From NCBI RefSeq assembly GCF_009914755.1, contig NC_060929.1: a DNA stretch of 64,000 nt. The stretch is one strand, 5' to 3'. Made by a program: the position numbers and the translations under genes. Under the pieces are notes generated by a model that was given only the letters and a program-made list of their open reading frames with translations, was not told the DNA's origin and searched no databases. Shown here piece after piece: positions 29,081 through 43,081 of the stretch. Every line of letters begins with the position of its first letter. The stretch's first letter is position 1. The stretch is from the human T2T-CHM13v2.0 reference genome, Homo sapiens.

Positions 29081-31862
29081 GCTGTGAACCTCAACAATAG
29101 AGAAATGTGGCAAATAAAAAGTACACAATGCTAAAAACTGAACATCATGTGACTGTCTTGTCTAATGTATTCAATAAGACCCAACATAACCATTTTGAAT
29201 ACATAAAGATTATAGACTCTGAAAATTCTATTTATAAAATTGTCTTGTATTTATTCACTCTTTAGAGTTTTACATTACAGTGTGTACATATATTGTAGCC
29301 CTTTATATTTCAGATTTATCTCCATGCCTCTAACCACATGTGAATTCTTGTGTTGGAAATGTTTCCTAGGCACCTTACTACCTGTCTCACAATGGCTTGC
29401 TGTACTTCACTTAAGGTTATAGACCATTAAAAAATACTATTTGTGTAGATTTACAGCAGGGATAACTTTTGATTTTATCCTTAATGATATACACATGTCA
29501 TAGAATAAACAAAGTGTCCTTGTATTTTATTGATTAATGTGATATTTTAATATATTTGTGCTCCATCTATTTTATATTTTGTGTTAATAAAATATTACTT
29601 GTTGAAAATCTAGCAGGCACACATTTTTTCTCCATCTGTTTTTAAGAAGAAAAATAGAGCAAATAGGAATCACATTAGCAGGAAAAAATAGTTTCCATAT
29701 AAATTAGTATTTTAATCTCAGCAGAGAGTAGATGAAAAAAGAATGTTCAATGTTGATCAGTTACATTTCTATTAACATTATTTTTTGATGCCACTATAAC
29801 CCAATTTGTGGCCATTATGGACCAAAGATAAGATGCTAAAATGGGCTATTTTAAACAAACACCTTACATAATTTAATGTAGCAGTATTTTTCAACTATGT
29901 TGTCCAAGGCATGATGTTAGATAATGGTGATAAAAATATAAATAAGCAATAGTCGCTGACCTCAAGGACAGATTTCAAAAGACATTAATTTAAACAGATA
30001 CTGGTGATCTAATGAGATAAAGATTGTTATGAAGGCACATATAAAACTATAAAATTCTATAAGAACACAGACATTGGAACAATTGAGCTGCTTTATCAAA
30101 GGGATTCAATAATAAGAAAGATAAATAATTCTTTAAGAGAAAGAATTAAGGTAGAATAGAAAACTACATTAAGTTACAGTTATAATAAGAATTTAATTAT
30201 ATTCTACCCAGAAATGTTCCAAAAGAAATTTGAGAAAAACTGTACATTTCCATTTATCAGCTTTGAACTGAAGTTCTGGGCCTAAGTGCATTATCAGGAC
30301 CTAAGCAAAGCAGATAATTTTGCCAAATTCCTAAGGGCAATAAATCCTAAGAATCAGAGAGTTCAAAACAGATTTTGTGAACTAGCCTCAGCAAATCATA
30401 AAAATGACAGTAATGTTGAAAAATGACAGCTTATAGATAACTCTTCCTGAGTCAGTAAACTTGTTCTTTTAATATATTTCTACCTTGATCCATGCTCAAT
30501 TAATAAAATTAAAAACTTTTAAAAGCAAAAATTTTGCATAGTCATTCTTTCTTGAGTGTTTTCTATTATATTAATTTGAATAATTTGCTTATCTTCACCC
30601 TTTTCTTTTTTGAGAGTTTTTACATTGAAAGAGTCCAAGAGATCTAGGAATACTTTAAGAAATAAATAACTCAAAAAAAATAAGAACAGGCTTATTTAAA
30701 AAACGGGGTTTATAATAATAAATAAATACTTGGAGAATATTGCAAAAAATGAAAAATTTAAATTATAATACAAATTATTGGGGAATTTATCTTTTTATAT
30801 GCAATTTTACTGCTTAATATTTTTTCCTTCAGTGGTTAAAATCTGCAAACAGAAATAAATGCCTAAGACAAAAAATTAGTGTACTACCAACAACTAATAC
30901 CTCTTGCTATTTTATGATGTTCAGGCACAAGTGAAATTAAAAATATCACAATTTCCTCCTAATTAGACCTCCTGGCATTCACCTGTTTCTCCTCTTCATG
31001 CTATTTGTGTTCGCCAAATTTCATATTTTCTTAGGTCTCCTACACATAGTTAATTGAGGATGTAGATTCATCATTTTGGGTTTATGTCAATAAGTAATAC
31101 CTCCGTTATTTTCCCAATTATGTGTTGAAATCATTGAGAATTTACTCAAAAGAGCAGTTGGATGATCAAAATATATTTATTGCTATGTAAATAATTTAAG
31201 AGAATGAGCCTTACATCTTTTTCAGGTGGGCTTCCTGAGAATAAGGACTGGAATTAAAAAGAATCACTTATCTCATCCCACACACCATCCTGAGGCCCAG
31301 ACAGCCTGCTGAGGAAACATCAGGTCCTCTCCTTGATGTGAGCCATTGAAAATGACAAGATGGAACTGGAGAATACCTGCAGTTTGATTCCCCAACAGAA
31401 AAATGGGGAGGATGGGGTATTTCACGTTCAATTTCTCCTTCCACATCGATGAATAAGAATAGATCATCCCTCCTCTGATGAGAGGAATGAGTAAACAGGA
31501 AGACTGAGGTCAAAGAAGATTGTAATACTAAAATTCTGTCTATATGAAAACAAAAAATTAGGTTAGAAAGAAGTGGTCACCTGCACCGTAAGAATTGATA
31601 GTGGACTATAGACCTTGAGTTTGAGTGGAAAAACCCCATTTCTCCAATAAAAATTGTCTTTGTGAGTTGACTAGCCTCATCAACTGGTGTGATTTGCTGT
31701 CTAGTTAATGAGGAAGGAATAAGGCCATTTCATCATAAGACACTCAAATGGGTGTTTCCTTCCTCCTCCCTTCATTGTGGAAACTCAGAGAATAAATCGC
31801 TGTTATGATTGGGGACAGGTGATCTCATTGCTGAATTCAAATGTTTTAGTCAATTTAGTTAA

Positions 31863-31977
31863 TTTTTTTAAGAGGTGAGGCCTTGTTGCCCAGGCTGAAG
31901 TTGAACTCTTGGACTGGAGTAATCCTCTCACCTCAGTCTCCAGAGAAACTGGGACTACAATGCCACCACCCTGGGCT
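31863..31977 (-). mobile_element. FLAM / Alu monomer
   Basis: tgttgcccaggctg...gaactcttgga...aatcctctcacctcag...ctgggactaca. Confidence 0.75.
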
Positions 31978-32009
31978 AGATCAGACGTGGTTTTTTTTTT
32001 TTTTTTTTT

Positions 32010-32558
32010 TTCCCTCCTGCCACATAACGGATTACCACAGACTTAGTAACCTGACACCCATCTATTATCTCTCCATTCTGTAGCTCAGAAATCTGAGTAA
32101 GTTCAATGGGTTCTCTGCTTAGAGTCTTGCAGGCTAGATCAATGTGTCAGCTAGAGTGAACTATTATCTGGAGATTGAGGAATCTGCTTGTAGTTTATTC
32201 TGGTTGTTGGCCAAATTCAGTTCCTTGAACTTGTGAAACTGAGGTTCCCTGTTACTTGCTGGCTAGCAGCAGACGCTGCTCAGCTCTAAAGCCGACGTGC
32301 ATCACTTGCACATGAACCCTTCCACCATCAGATACAGATAATGCTTCAAAGCTCTGATTTCCTTTTCTACTGCCAGCAAGTGAAAACCCTCTGCTTTTAA
32401 GAATCTAGTGTGATTAGTAATCCTAATTACATCAGCAAGATTCCTTTGCCGTGAAACATGGCACATTAGGGGGCATGACATCTCACTGTTTTCAAAGTCC
32501 CCTGAATTAGGGTGGAAAATCTTGGGGACCTGTACATTTTTAGAATCTTGCCTACCAG
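32010..32558 (-). mobile_element. MLT1D/E-like solo LTR
   Basis: ttaccacagacttagt...gttgttggccaaattcagttccttg...taattacatcagcaagattcctttgcc...ttagaatcttgcctacca. Confidence 0.75.
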
Positions 32559-33539
32559 AAAAAATTTTAATCACTTCTCCTGTGTTCAGTCCTATCCATT
32601 TCCCCTGACTACATGTTAATTTCTGCCTTCAGTGGAACTTGTGTTCCTCTGGTTTCTGAACTACCAACTTGCTCTTCATTAGCAGCCTCATCTGCAGAGA
32701 AATGTTCTCTTTCTCAGCTCTGCTGCATCAGTTACCATCCTCTCACTTGCTTTTCACTCTAGAACATTAAGGACATCTCCCTGTTTGTTGCCTGATTGTC
32801 TATTCTCTGTTCTTTTATCTATTCCTGTAATATACTTACGTGTTTTCTAAATGTATCAAAGATAAATGTGTCATTCAATCCACTGTGTTTAAACAGATGT
32901 CCAGATTATTTCCTCCAGGTTGTACTTTGTGGTGATTAGGCAGAACTAATAAGCAGTTAACGCAAGTGACGATGTACTGCACATAAAGCCAGATAAATTT
33001 GGTCTTTTTGGAGTCAGCTTCTGCAAGTGTTGCTTTCAAAGAAATGCAAGTCTGCTGAGAGTCTTGAGAAATTTTATAGAGAGAGCGAGAGAAATGAGGG
33101 AGGGAGGAAGGAAGGGTAAAAAAAGAAAAAAAATAAAGAATGGAAAAAAACAAGGAACACTAGATGTCTCATTGTCATCCCACATTTCACATTCCTGTAC
33201 CCAACTTACTCCTACATTTGCATCTTATATGTGAGATTTTCTGAAATCAGAAAATCCTGGACATTGAATAAACCCCAGCATTATGTTCTATTTAGGATAT
33301 TGGTTGAGACAGTCTCAGGATGAGCTAAATTTTACAGTTTTCTTTATTTTATCTAAATTCTAGAACAAGTTATAGACTATAACACTTATCTTACCTTTCT
33401 GTAAAATTAATTAATTAATTTATATAAACCACGTTTACAGAGCTCTTGAAATGCCTGAATACTATTTTATTATAGGTGCTGGAGATTTTAGAATAATCAT
33501 GGTAATGATAACACTAATAACAGAAAAACAATAATTAAG

Positions 33540-33727
33540 GGAACCATTGCTAGGTATCAAGCATGGTGCTAAGCATTTCATATGCATTATGAAAGGGCTT
33601 GACATTTCATATTTTGTTCCTAATTGATGAAACAGAGGTTTAATAAATTCAGCAATTTGCTAAAGGCCAGAAATCTAGGGTTAGATTTGGGCCCCTGACT
33701 TAGGTCTATCACAAAAGTCTATGTTCC
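33540..33727 (-). mobile_element. MIR
   Basis: gcatggtgctaagcatttcatatgcattat...gatgaaacagagg...gcaatttgctaaaggcca. Confidence 0.65.
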
Positions 33728-34149
33728 TGGTTAAAATAGTAGGCTGAATCATGTTAAGCCAAGATAATACATTATGAGTTTGAGGCAAAGGACTTAGACT
33801 TCAACATAAGTATGTAACAGGGGAAAACCCAGAAGCTTAGAGGTCAATACACAAATTAATATCACTTCTCAATTATTTTCATAATGATACGATTTATCTG
33901 AATTGCATTTCTTTCTAAGGTAAGTCCTAACATTTTTGAAGAATTAATATGTGTTCATAATGAATAATGAAAATAGGTAAGGTAGATTTGAGAAATATAA
34001 AGCATTTTAGCCAAGAAAAGGCCTGGATGGTTACATTAGGAAGCATTGGGTAATAAGGAAGCAGGATGAAGGCACTGTGGTGCCAGAGGCATAAAAGTTT
34101 GGGACAAGGGCAAATAAATAATGCTGGGTTCCAACAAAGACAAATCTCT

Positions 34150-34656
34150 TGTAGCATATACTGTCTGTATTCTCTCAATTATCCATTCCCTCATTCTTAC
34201 TTGCTAACAGAACCATATATTTGAAAAGATAACCATATCATCAGTTTCAGGGAAAATTATGAATTATTTAAACCAAACAACCTCTTTGCCTCACTAGTGA
34301 CTGATTTTGCCATATTAGCCAAATCTTGATCTGATAAGAAATGAGGTTTAGTGGTGGAGGAGCTACTGGGAGAGATCTCTTTCCTCTAAAAAAGACACAT
34401 TTAAAATGGATCCTTCTGTACCTAGGATTATATTGAACACTCAAGGATGTCAGCCTAACATAAAAGTGAAGATCCGCAGAATAACGAAACAGAGAGAAGG
34501 TAATAATTTCCATCCTTAAGGCTATCAACCGATATAAACATCTCTAATAGTTACCTTTCTTCTCAACTTATTCTATTGTGAAATACATTTTCTTAGTGCA
34601 AGCTAGTTTGTAATAGCATTAGCTGAACTTGTAGCCAAATCATCCTACACGTTACA
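34150..34656 (+). mobile_element. Old MaLR LTR (MLT1J/K-like)
   Basis: tccattccctc...cttgctaacagaacc start and acttgtagccaaatcatcct end. Confidence 0.55.
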
Positions 34657-35329
34657 CATCTCATACTGATATTTGTGGTTTTCTAACTAGGCTCTGTGTA
34701 ACTCACAACCTTAAAATACCAAGACGAACTGTATTTCAAAGTATAGTGCAATAACTGAACTGATTTCTCCATATTTACTACACAAAAAACAAGAAACAAA
34801 GCTGGAATGAGTGAGAGGATGAGCTAGCTTGAGTAAGCTAACTCGGCCATAACAACTTGGAATTTATGGTTGGAATTTAGATAGATATGGAATTAGCTGT
34901 TTACAGCACATGATGTGCATAAGGGATTTATGATCTACAGTTTACTGATTAATATAACTTGTCTTTAAGGTTTCAGGACATTTGTTCCTTTTCAAATTGG
35001 TTTAAAGCAAATCAAAGAACTGAGGACTAACCTTCATAATTACTTATCAATAGAAAGTAAAGGAGAAAATGAAAGAACATTTAAATTCTTCTCCCTTGGT
35101 CCCCATGCCCTTTGATCTCTGTTTTATTGATGTGTTCCATGTTTTTTTTTTTTTTTTTTTGACTGAGAAGGAGCTTATTAGATGTTCTACTTTGGTGTAA
35201 TCAAAATAAAATATGAGAGGAATCAAAACTCTTTAGTTCAAAACTGGTATGTTTTATTCCCTTGATTCCAGTAGCGAAGTATAATCTAACGCTATGACAA
35301 CAGATAAATATACATTTTCAATCAGATTA

Positions 35330-37420
35330 TGCATTCATTCATACAACAAATATTTATTAAATATATCTTTCGAGTTCAGGCATTCTCATAAGTGGTATTA
35401 AAGTAAAAAGAGAGAGAGAGCAAGAGAACTGTCCCTAACTTCCTCAATTTATATTTTAGAGGTGAACATTTTTTTAAAGTAAATATTTTAAGGAAGTATT
35501 TATGCAGAAAAGTAAAGCAGAGAAATGTCACAGCCAAAGCCAGTTATATGAGTGTATATCTGGTATTGGAGAATGACATTTTATAAATGATAATGGGAGA
35601 AGACCTCACTATAAAGACAATATTGAGCAGACATCTACATGAAGGGAGCATGCAAGTCATATAATTACCTGTTTAAAGAACATTGCAAGCAGAGAGGGAA
35701 GAAAATGCAAAAATATGGAAACTAATATGTGAACTTGTTTGAAACTTTTCAAAGAGACCACTATCGCTGGAGAAGAGTGACACATCAAGAGAGAGGATGA
35801 AATCAGAGATGTATTAGAGGATCAGGTATTGTGGACCATTGTAGGCAATTAACTTCAAAGATGTTTGTTTTTATTCAAAGTGAGATGAGAAGTCTATGGA
35901 AGGTCGTGCAAAGGGTGTGACATATTTCCAAATGAAGTTTCTGTATGCAATTTTTTCAAGATCATTCTTTTTTGCAAGGAGCTGCCATATGCATTATAAG
36001 ATGTTTAACAGCATCTCTGGCCTGTACCCACTAGTTTTTCCCTAATTTTGACAACAAAGCATACTTCCAGACGTTACCAGGTATCCCCCATTAAGGGGTA
36101 AAATATCCCCTAGTTAATAACCAATGTTTTAACAGGATTACATTTTTAGAAACTCTCTAATGATCTGAGAAACATGAAGGCAATTTGGTAAAGGCTCTTG
36201 CTAATAATCAAAAAACACTCTATGGGAGAGTGGAGTCATCATAATAGTGAATATAGTGAGGTGTGGCTGGATTCTGGGTAGATTTTAAAGTTACAGCCTA
36301 CAGTATTTGTTGATGTAGAATAAAAGAGAAAGAAAGGAAGAACAATTATTACATATTTTTGTCTTAGTACCTATAAAATTGGAGTTGCTGTTCACTAAAT
36401 TAGGGAAGGCACAACCAAAGCAGTTTGGGGTTTGACAGGATATAAATCAGGACATATGTTCTGGACCTGATAAGCTTGGTATATTTGTTGGACTTCCAAG
36501 TTGTGATGTCCAATAGGGATTTGGGAAAATTAATGTAGAGTTGAGGAGGGATATCTTGATTGGGGTTATACACTTGAGAGCCATCACTGTAGACACTAAA
36601 CCTTGTAACTGGGTGAGATGAATCATGCAATGAGTATGACTAATACTGAACCTAGTCAAATGTTAGGAAGTTAGGGAGGTATTGAGAAAGCAAAGAAGAC
36701 TGAAAAAAAATTGGGAAGGTAAGAGTGAACCCATTGCAAGTGATGTTAGGAAACATGTAATGAAGCCATCAAAACATAGTTTATAGAAGAAAGAAGAGGC
36801 AGAAAATTTCTTAAAGGACATGTGAACTTGGTTCCTCTTTTGGTGGGTTAGTGTGATGTTCATCTATTACAGTGTGCTCCAAACACACTAAAAAGTGAGG
36901 AAATAACATATAATTTACGGACAATTCATTTAAAAAGGTCTGCCATAAAAGAGAATAGGTGGGTAACTGTGGAGAGAAGTAGAATAAAGAAAATCATTTG
37001 TGTGTTGGTGTGTGATTTTTGTTTGTTTGTTTGTGTTTTCAAAACTAGGAGGCATTGGAATAGGCTTGCATGCTGAAGGGAATGATTCATTTGAAGGGAG
37101 AAACAAGTGCAGACTGAAAGACAGCAATTGCTGAAGCAATATACACAAGTAAGCTGGAAAGGATGCAATCTAACGCAGTGGAGAAGGGTTGGCTTCCGCT
37201 GAAGAGTTCATCTGTGATAAGAGGAGAGAGAACGAAGCATGTGCTTAGCAATAAAGGTAAGCTGGTGTGGAGATTGGAGCATGCGAAAGCTCTCTTGTGA
37301 TTACCTGTATTTTCTTGAGATTGAGAGTAAGGTCTTCAGCTGAGAGACTTGTTAGAAAAAGAGCTGGTTGAAGTTTAAGGTGAAAAATGATGTGAAATAG
37401 TCATTTAAAGACTAAGGGAT
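35330..37420 (-). mobile_element. L2a element, ~2 kb
   Basis: cattcattcatacaacaaatatttatt L2 tail; ORF 36400-36630 (YSDGSQVY...SLLDITTWKSNKYTKL) is degenerate L2 RT (YADDSQIY...CLLDISTWMSN). Confidence 0.85.
35930..36126 (-). mobile_element. MER20 nested in L2
   Basis: gatgtttaacagcatctctggcctgtacccactag...tgacaacaaa...tccagacgttacca...aaaatatccccctagttaataacca-type match to the MER20 reverse complement. Confidence 0.8.
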
Positions 37421-37989
37421 TGTTCTAAAAATAGAGAGAAGGCTTCTTGGGACCAATCAGGGCTAAGTTTTGTGGGTTTGATATGACTATATGAATGTGT
37501 GTAAATATATTCTCTAATATAAAATATGTTTAGCAAGTATCTTTGTATTTAATCTATATGTTACTTGGATTTTTAATTAATTTCCCAGCACATTCATCTA
37601 TACCTTTTTATAAATGTTTAGATGGTCCTCAAATATAGCTCAGTTAGAACCTTTATTATATTAATCCTAGGCCTAAATATACTTTAATCTGAAAGGATAT
37701 GAATATCACTTGAGATAATTAAGGAGATCACAAAATCTACATGCAAAATAATCACTATCTTGAAAGTAAGATGGCTTATAGAAGAAAGGATTATAAAATA
37801 TGGTAAAATTTAGTCATAAATTATACAAGCCTCTATCAGTCTTCTATGACGCTGTGTCCTAAAGGCATAAGCAAGTCATTCAATAACATAAAATAGGTTA
37901 TCTATCTCAGTATAAGAGCTCTAACTAGATTTTTTAAAGGTATGAATAACATACTTAGGATTAGTTAAATTAATTAATGGAGAGTTTTT

Positions 37990-38480
37990 ATAAGAAGAGC
38001 TTCATTGGGTAGGTGACATTTGTTCTGTACCTTAAAGAATGAACAGAATAAGAGTCAAACACAGACATAAGAGACTGGAAAGACATTTTGGGGAGGGTGT
38101 GAGGGAAGAACAATTGATTCTGGCTAAAACCCCTTCCAAGGGAGGGCAAATAAACAGACCCATAGTTACTATAGAGTTTATTAAATACCTTGAGACATTT
38201 CTGAGGTATTTGGAAGTTGCTTTAGACTACAAGCAGCTGACCTTGTTCAAGGTAACCTGGCCAGGAAGAATTCCATAAGCTTTCTACTTTAGAAAGTTAA
38301 TTGCATGGAGGATGGACTGAAACGCGGATGACTGGGTACAAGAAGGTCAGTTAGCTGATTCATGCAGTCTGATAGTTCCTGAGGAGGCTGACTCAGTGAG
38401 GTTGGTAAAAAAGCAACCAGTTTAAAGGAAACATTTAAAGACTTTGGTGACCCGCTGAATGGGGAGGAGGGAGTGATAAG
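37990..38480 (-). mobile_element. L2 fragment (diverged)
   Basis: ggtgacatttg...ccttaaagaatgaacagaa...gactttggtgacc motifs. Confidence 0.45.
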
Positions 38481-40217
38481 TGACAGAAAGGATCAGTTAT
38501 ATCTCAATAGTTGTCCTTTGAAACTGCTGTCTTATGACTTTCAGTGAACTAGACTTAGAGGATTTAATTAACCTATTCAAATGATTCATATTCACATGTC
38601 AATGTGATTAATAAAATAAATGTTTTGAGAAAAACGAAGATACTTTCTCTCTACTTATCTCAAAGCAGATAAAACCTAGATAAAAATTTTTTGACCTCCT
38701 TAATAAATATGTTTAATCAGATTTTTAAGGATTTTCTGATAGTTGCTTGTGAAATGGAGTTGGTTTTGGTTGATCATTGGGGAAAAAAAAGGCTGCATTT
38801 CTTTCGTTCCATATGATTCTATGATTTCTACTTTTACTTGAATACCCTGATGCTTCTTTATTTCTAGTTCCTACAGTGCCATAGACTTCAGAAAGCAGCA
38901 GTTAATAAAATAAAAGCCTAGAGCATACAAAATGTTTTTTTTATTAGCTCTGCAGTTGAGATAGCCAAAATTTCAAAGTAGTAAATCCCTTATCTTTAAA
39001 GGGTAAGAGGCTGATCAGGCAGTTCATATACTAAATCCAAGGGCAGCAAATTAAATAGCCTCTGAAAATTAAAAATCACTTTACAATGAACATTCTTATC
39101 ACAAAGCAAACCATAATAAATAACAGGCCATCTCTTTTCTATTGTAAAGAACTATACATAGTAATTGGGCTAAATTAATTTCAATGAGACTCATGACTTT
39201 CTCTCTGATGAAATTAGTATAAACTAACAAGACCTGTGAACTGTTAAATTTTTGAAACCACTGGATTAAAATCATCAGATTATTAATTCTATTTACATCC
39301 TCAGTTGTAGCTATTTTTTTAAATCACTAAAAATAGTAATGCTGCCAGAAATAAATATGCTGCTGAGGATTTATCTCCTTATAGATTTGCATTTAAACAG
39401 TCAGACATCCACATTCTTCACCTTCCTGAATATAAAACTAAGCTAAACAATTGACTTAATTATAATCAAGATATTGTGGCACATTTACCACAAAGAATCC
39501 TTTTAAATTAATAATAAAAGAAATACTTTGGATGGAACATTCAAATGTGATTTGCAATTTCTTGATATTTTACAGTCATTGTTTAAAATTTGCTAGTGCA
39601 TGAAATATAATAGTTTTTAAAACCAATATAAAGTAGAATGGGCTTAGAAGAAAATAGGAATTTCCCAAAGAGAAAAATTGTTCTTTGAAAAACAGTTTAA
39701 TTCATAAGAAACTTGTCTTTCTGAACACCAAAAATGAACAAATAAAAACCAACAGAATGGTCAAAACTCCATAGAAAAAAATGATGCTGATTTTGATTAA
39801 TTTATTTTATGGCCTTTGCAGGTTTACTGTTACAAACTGGAAATTATGCATACATAACTATACTTATACACTGATAATTATATGAGTATACCTGTAAACC
39901 TTTTATAATTTTTGTTTTGAACAAATATTTTTTCATCTATTTTTCATGAATGGTCACAATTGGATTTTTGATGCCAAAACACAGCAATCGAGTTTAGAAA
40001 AGAGCCCATATTCTCTTAGACCTTGAATTATTTTTCCTACTTGAGAAGTAATTCTCAACATTAACATATGTTGCTATGAACTGATCGGAAGTGTTTGGGT
40101 CACAGAAATCAGCACAAAAACGCTTTAAACAGCACCAAAAATGCCTCAAAAGGCTTTTGCTACTAAATGAAATGTTGTTAATCATGGAGTAGTGTATTGA
40201 GATGGCTTTTTAAAATA

Positions 40218-41703
40218 CACGCATGTATCATCTGATTGTGCTTTGCTTGAGTATACTCCACTTTTTGGCACTTTGCATATATTGTGCTTTTTACAAATTG
40301 AAGGTTTGTGGCAACCCTAAGTTAAGCATGTCTATTGGCAACAGTTTTCCAATAGGATGTGCTTATAATATGCGTGAAAAATTTTAGTAATTCTGGCAAC
40401 ATTTTAAACTTCGCCATTATTATTATATCTGTTATGGTGATCTGTAATCAGTGATCTTTGATGTTACTATGGTTATTGTTTTGGCATTCCATGAACCATG
40501 ACCATATAAGACAGCAAACTTAATTGATAAATGTTGGTGTTCTGACCGCTCTACCAACTAATAGCTCCCTCATCTCTCTCCTTATCCTCAGGCCCCTCTA
40601 TTTCCTAAGACACAATAATATTATCATTAGACTAACTGATAACTCCACAATAATCCCTAAGTGTTCAAGTGAAAGGAAGAGTAGCACATTTCTCATAATC
40701 TCATTTGAACTGGTTTGAACTTTCAAGTCTCTTTGTTTTAAAAATACATTTTGTAAGGTGATAGCTTCCATAGATAGTGATTCCTCTGATGGATCAGGGC
40801 AAAGTTAGTTGAAATTCTTCCATTCTGTGATTTATACTTCAATAATAAAGGATTCACCATTCTAATGGCTATTAAAAACATCTGTGATTCATGAGAGGAA
40901 ATCAAAATATCAACATAAACAACAGTTTGGAAGAAGTTGATTGCAACCCTCATAGATGACTTTGAGAATTTCAGGACTTCAGTAGAGGAAGTATCTGCAG
41001 ATGTGGTGGAAACAATAGAGAACAAGAGTTTAAAATGGAGTCTAAAGTTGTGACTGAATTGCTACAGTCTCATGATAAAACTTGAACAGACGAGGAGTTG
41101 TTTCTTACGAATGAGCAAAGAAAATAGTTTCGTAATATGGATTCTACTCCTGATGATGATTCTATGATCATTGTTGAAATGACTACAAAGAATTTAGAAT
41201 ATTACATAAACTTAGTTGATAAGGTATTGACAGAGTTTGAACAGATTGACTCAAATTTTGAAAGAATGTCTAATGCAGGTAAAATGTTATCAAACAGCAT
41301 TGCATTCTTTTGAGATATCTTTTATGAAAGGAGAAGTCTGTTGACATAGCAAACTTCATTGTTGTCTTATTTTTAGAAATTGCCATAGCCACTCCAACGT
41401 TCAGCAATCACCACCCCAATTAGACAGCAGCCATTATTATCGAGCCAATACCCTCCACCAGCAAAGATTACAATTCACTGAAGGCTTGGATGATTCTTAG
41501 TATTCTTGAGCAATAAAGTACTTTTTAATTAAAGTATGTACATTTTTTAGAAATAATGCTATTTCATATTTAATAGACTACAGTATAGTGTAAACATAAC
41601 TTTTATATACACTGGGAAATCAAACATTTGTGTGACTCACTTTATTGTGATATTTATTGTATTGGTCTGAAACTGATCTCACAATATCTATGGGGAATGC
41701 TTG
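40218..41703 (+). mobile_element. Tigger1 (pogo-like) with both ends and an internal deletion
   Basis: TA|cacgcat... and ...atgcttg|TA; ttttacaaattgaaggtttgtggcaaccct; gatagtgattcctctgatggatc; jump in consensus order near 40700. Confidence 0.9.
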
Positions 41704-42781
41704 TAATATATAATAGCTATGCATTGTGACCTTGAGTGTGCATGTGTGTATAAATGTAATTTTTTAAAGCAGTGAAGTGTGAAAGCAATGCACTTGAGTT
41801 AGAAACTTCACTCTAACCCATGTTCTACCGCTTTTGTTTTTTAGTGGCTGAATTCTTTGTCCTTATGAAATTTCTAAAGTAAAAATAATATAGTGAAGTA
41901 AATTGGGTAGAACTTAGGCACCCTCAGGTTTTCTTAGAGCTTAACAATCTCATGAAACTCCAAACATGAAATCTGGCAACCTGGGACTCTGAAATGAAAG
42001 CGTATTTCCAAGTTATATTTGTGGCAGGACCACTTAATAAACTGTTAAATTATTATTTGCATTTCCATGTTTTTTTCTTCCTCAGGTTACATATATTTGG
42101 GATTTGTAATTCTTTGTCCTCCAAGAGTTTGGAGAAGCTTGAGTTAAATGAACATTTTGTTTTCATAAATATCCAATGCAGTGAGGGGAAAATACAAGCT
42201 GTTCTGGAGCGGTTGAAAGAAAGCAGAGAATGTGGAGGAAGTAAGTATAAAGCAAGAAATTCCCAAAAGTAAAGAAAAGACTAACACTTGTGATTCCTAC
42301 CAGTGATGATGGCGCTGATTCCTAGCTGTGCCCTAGAAAGGTAGTAAAACCTCAGAGGGGAATGGTTAAATGGTAAACCCAGAGGTGTTGCACTCAAGCT
42401 CAGCAGTTTCCAGCCTTGTTTGAAATTTTCAAGTCTTTTTTATGATATTGAAACAGCCGAGAAATATACAGGGTTTTTTTTTTTCCCTAATTACTTGGTG
42501 TAAAGATGGAGAAAGCTTCCCATAATACAGTACAATAATAGACAAGATAGAAATTCTCAACAGTTCAATGTTAGGATTTCGGTATTGCACTTGTCTTGAC
42601 AAAGGACAGGCAGACAGATCAAAAGGTACAGAGTGACAGAATCAAAATTTCAATATGTCTTACGTAATGCAGTCTTAGAACAAGGTGCACGCCCACAACT
42701 CATTTAACCTTTTAACAATCAAAAGCGCTTAAACATCTGACCCTAAACTACTGTTTAATTTCGTTCTTTTAAAGAACGGTT

Positions 42782-43081
42782 GGCCGGGCATGGTGGCTCA
42801 CGCCTGTAATCCCAGCACTTTGGGAGGCCGAGGCGGGCGGATCACGAGGTCAGGAGATCGAGACCATCTTGGCTAACACGGTGAAACCCCGTCTCTACTA
42901 AAAATACAAAAAATTAGCCAGGCGAGGTGGCGGGTGCCTGTAGTCCCAGCTATTCGGGAGGCTGAGGCAGGAGAATGGCGTAAACCCCGGGGGGCGGAGC
43001 CTGCAGTGAACCGGGATCGCGCCACTGCACTCCAGCCTGGGCGACAGAGCGAGACTCCGTCTAAAAAAAAAAAAAAAAAAA
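42782..43081 (+). mobile_element. Young AluY (AluYe-like)
   Basis: CpG-rich; ggcgAggtgg and aacccCggGgggcggagcCtgc variants; TSD aaagaacggtt at 42771-42781 and 43082-43092; TTTT/AA site. Confidence 0.93.

Noticed and set aside
42782-43062. Local CpG-rich patch resembling a CpG island
   Set aside because: Fully explained by a young AluY.
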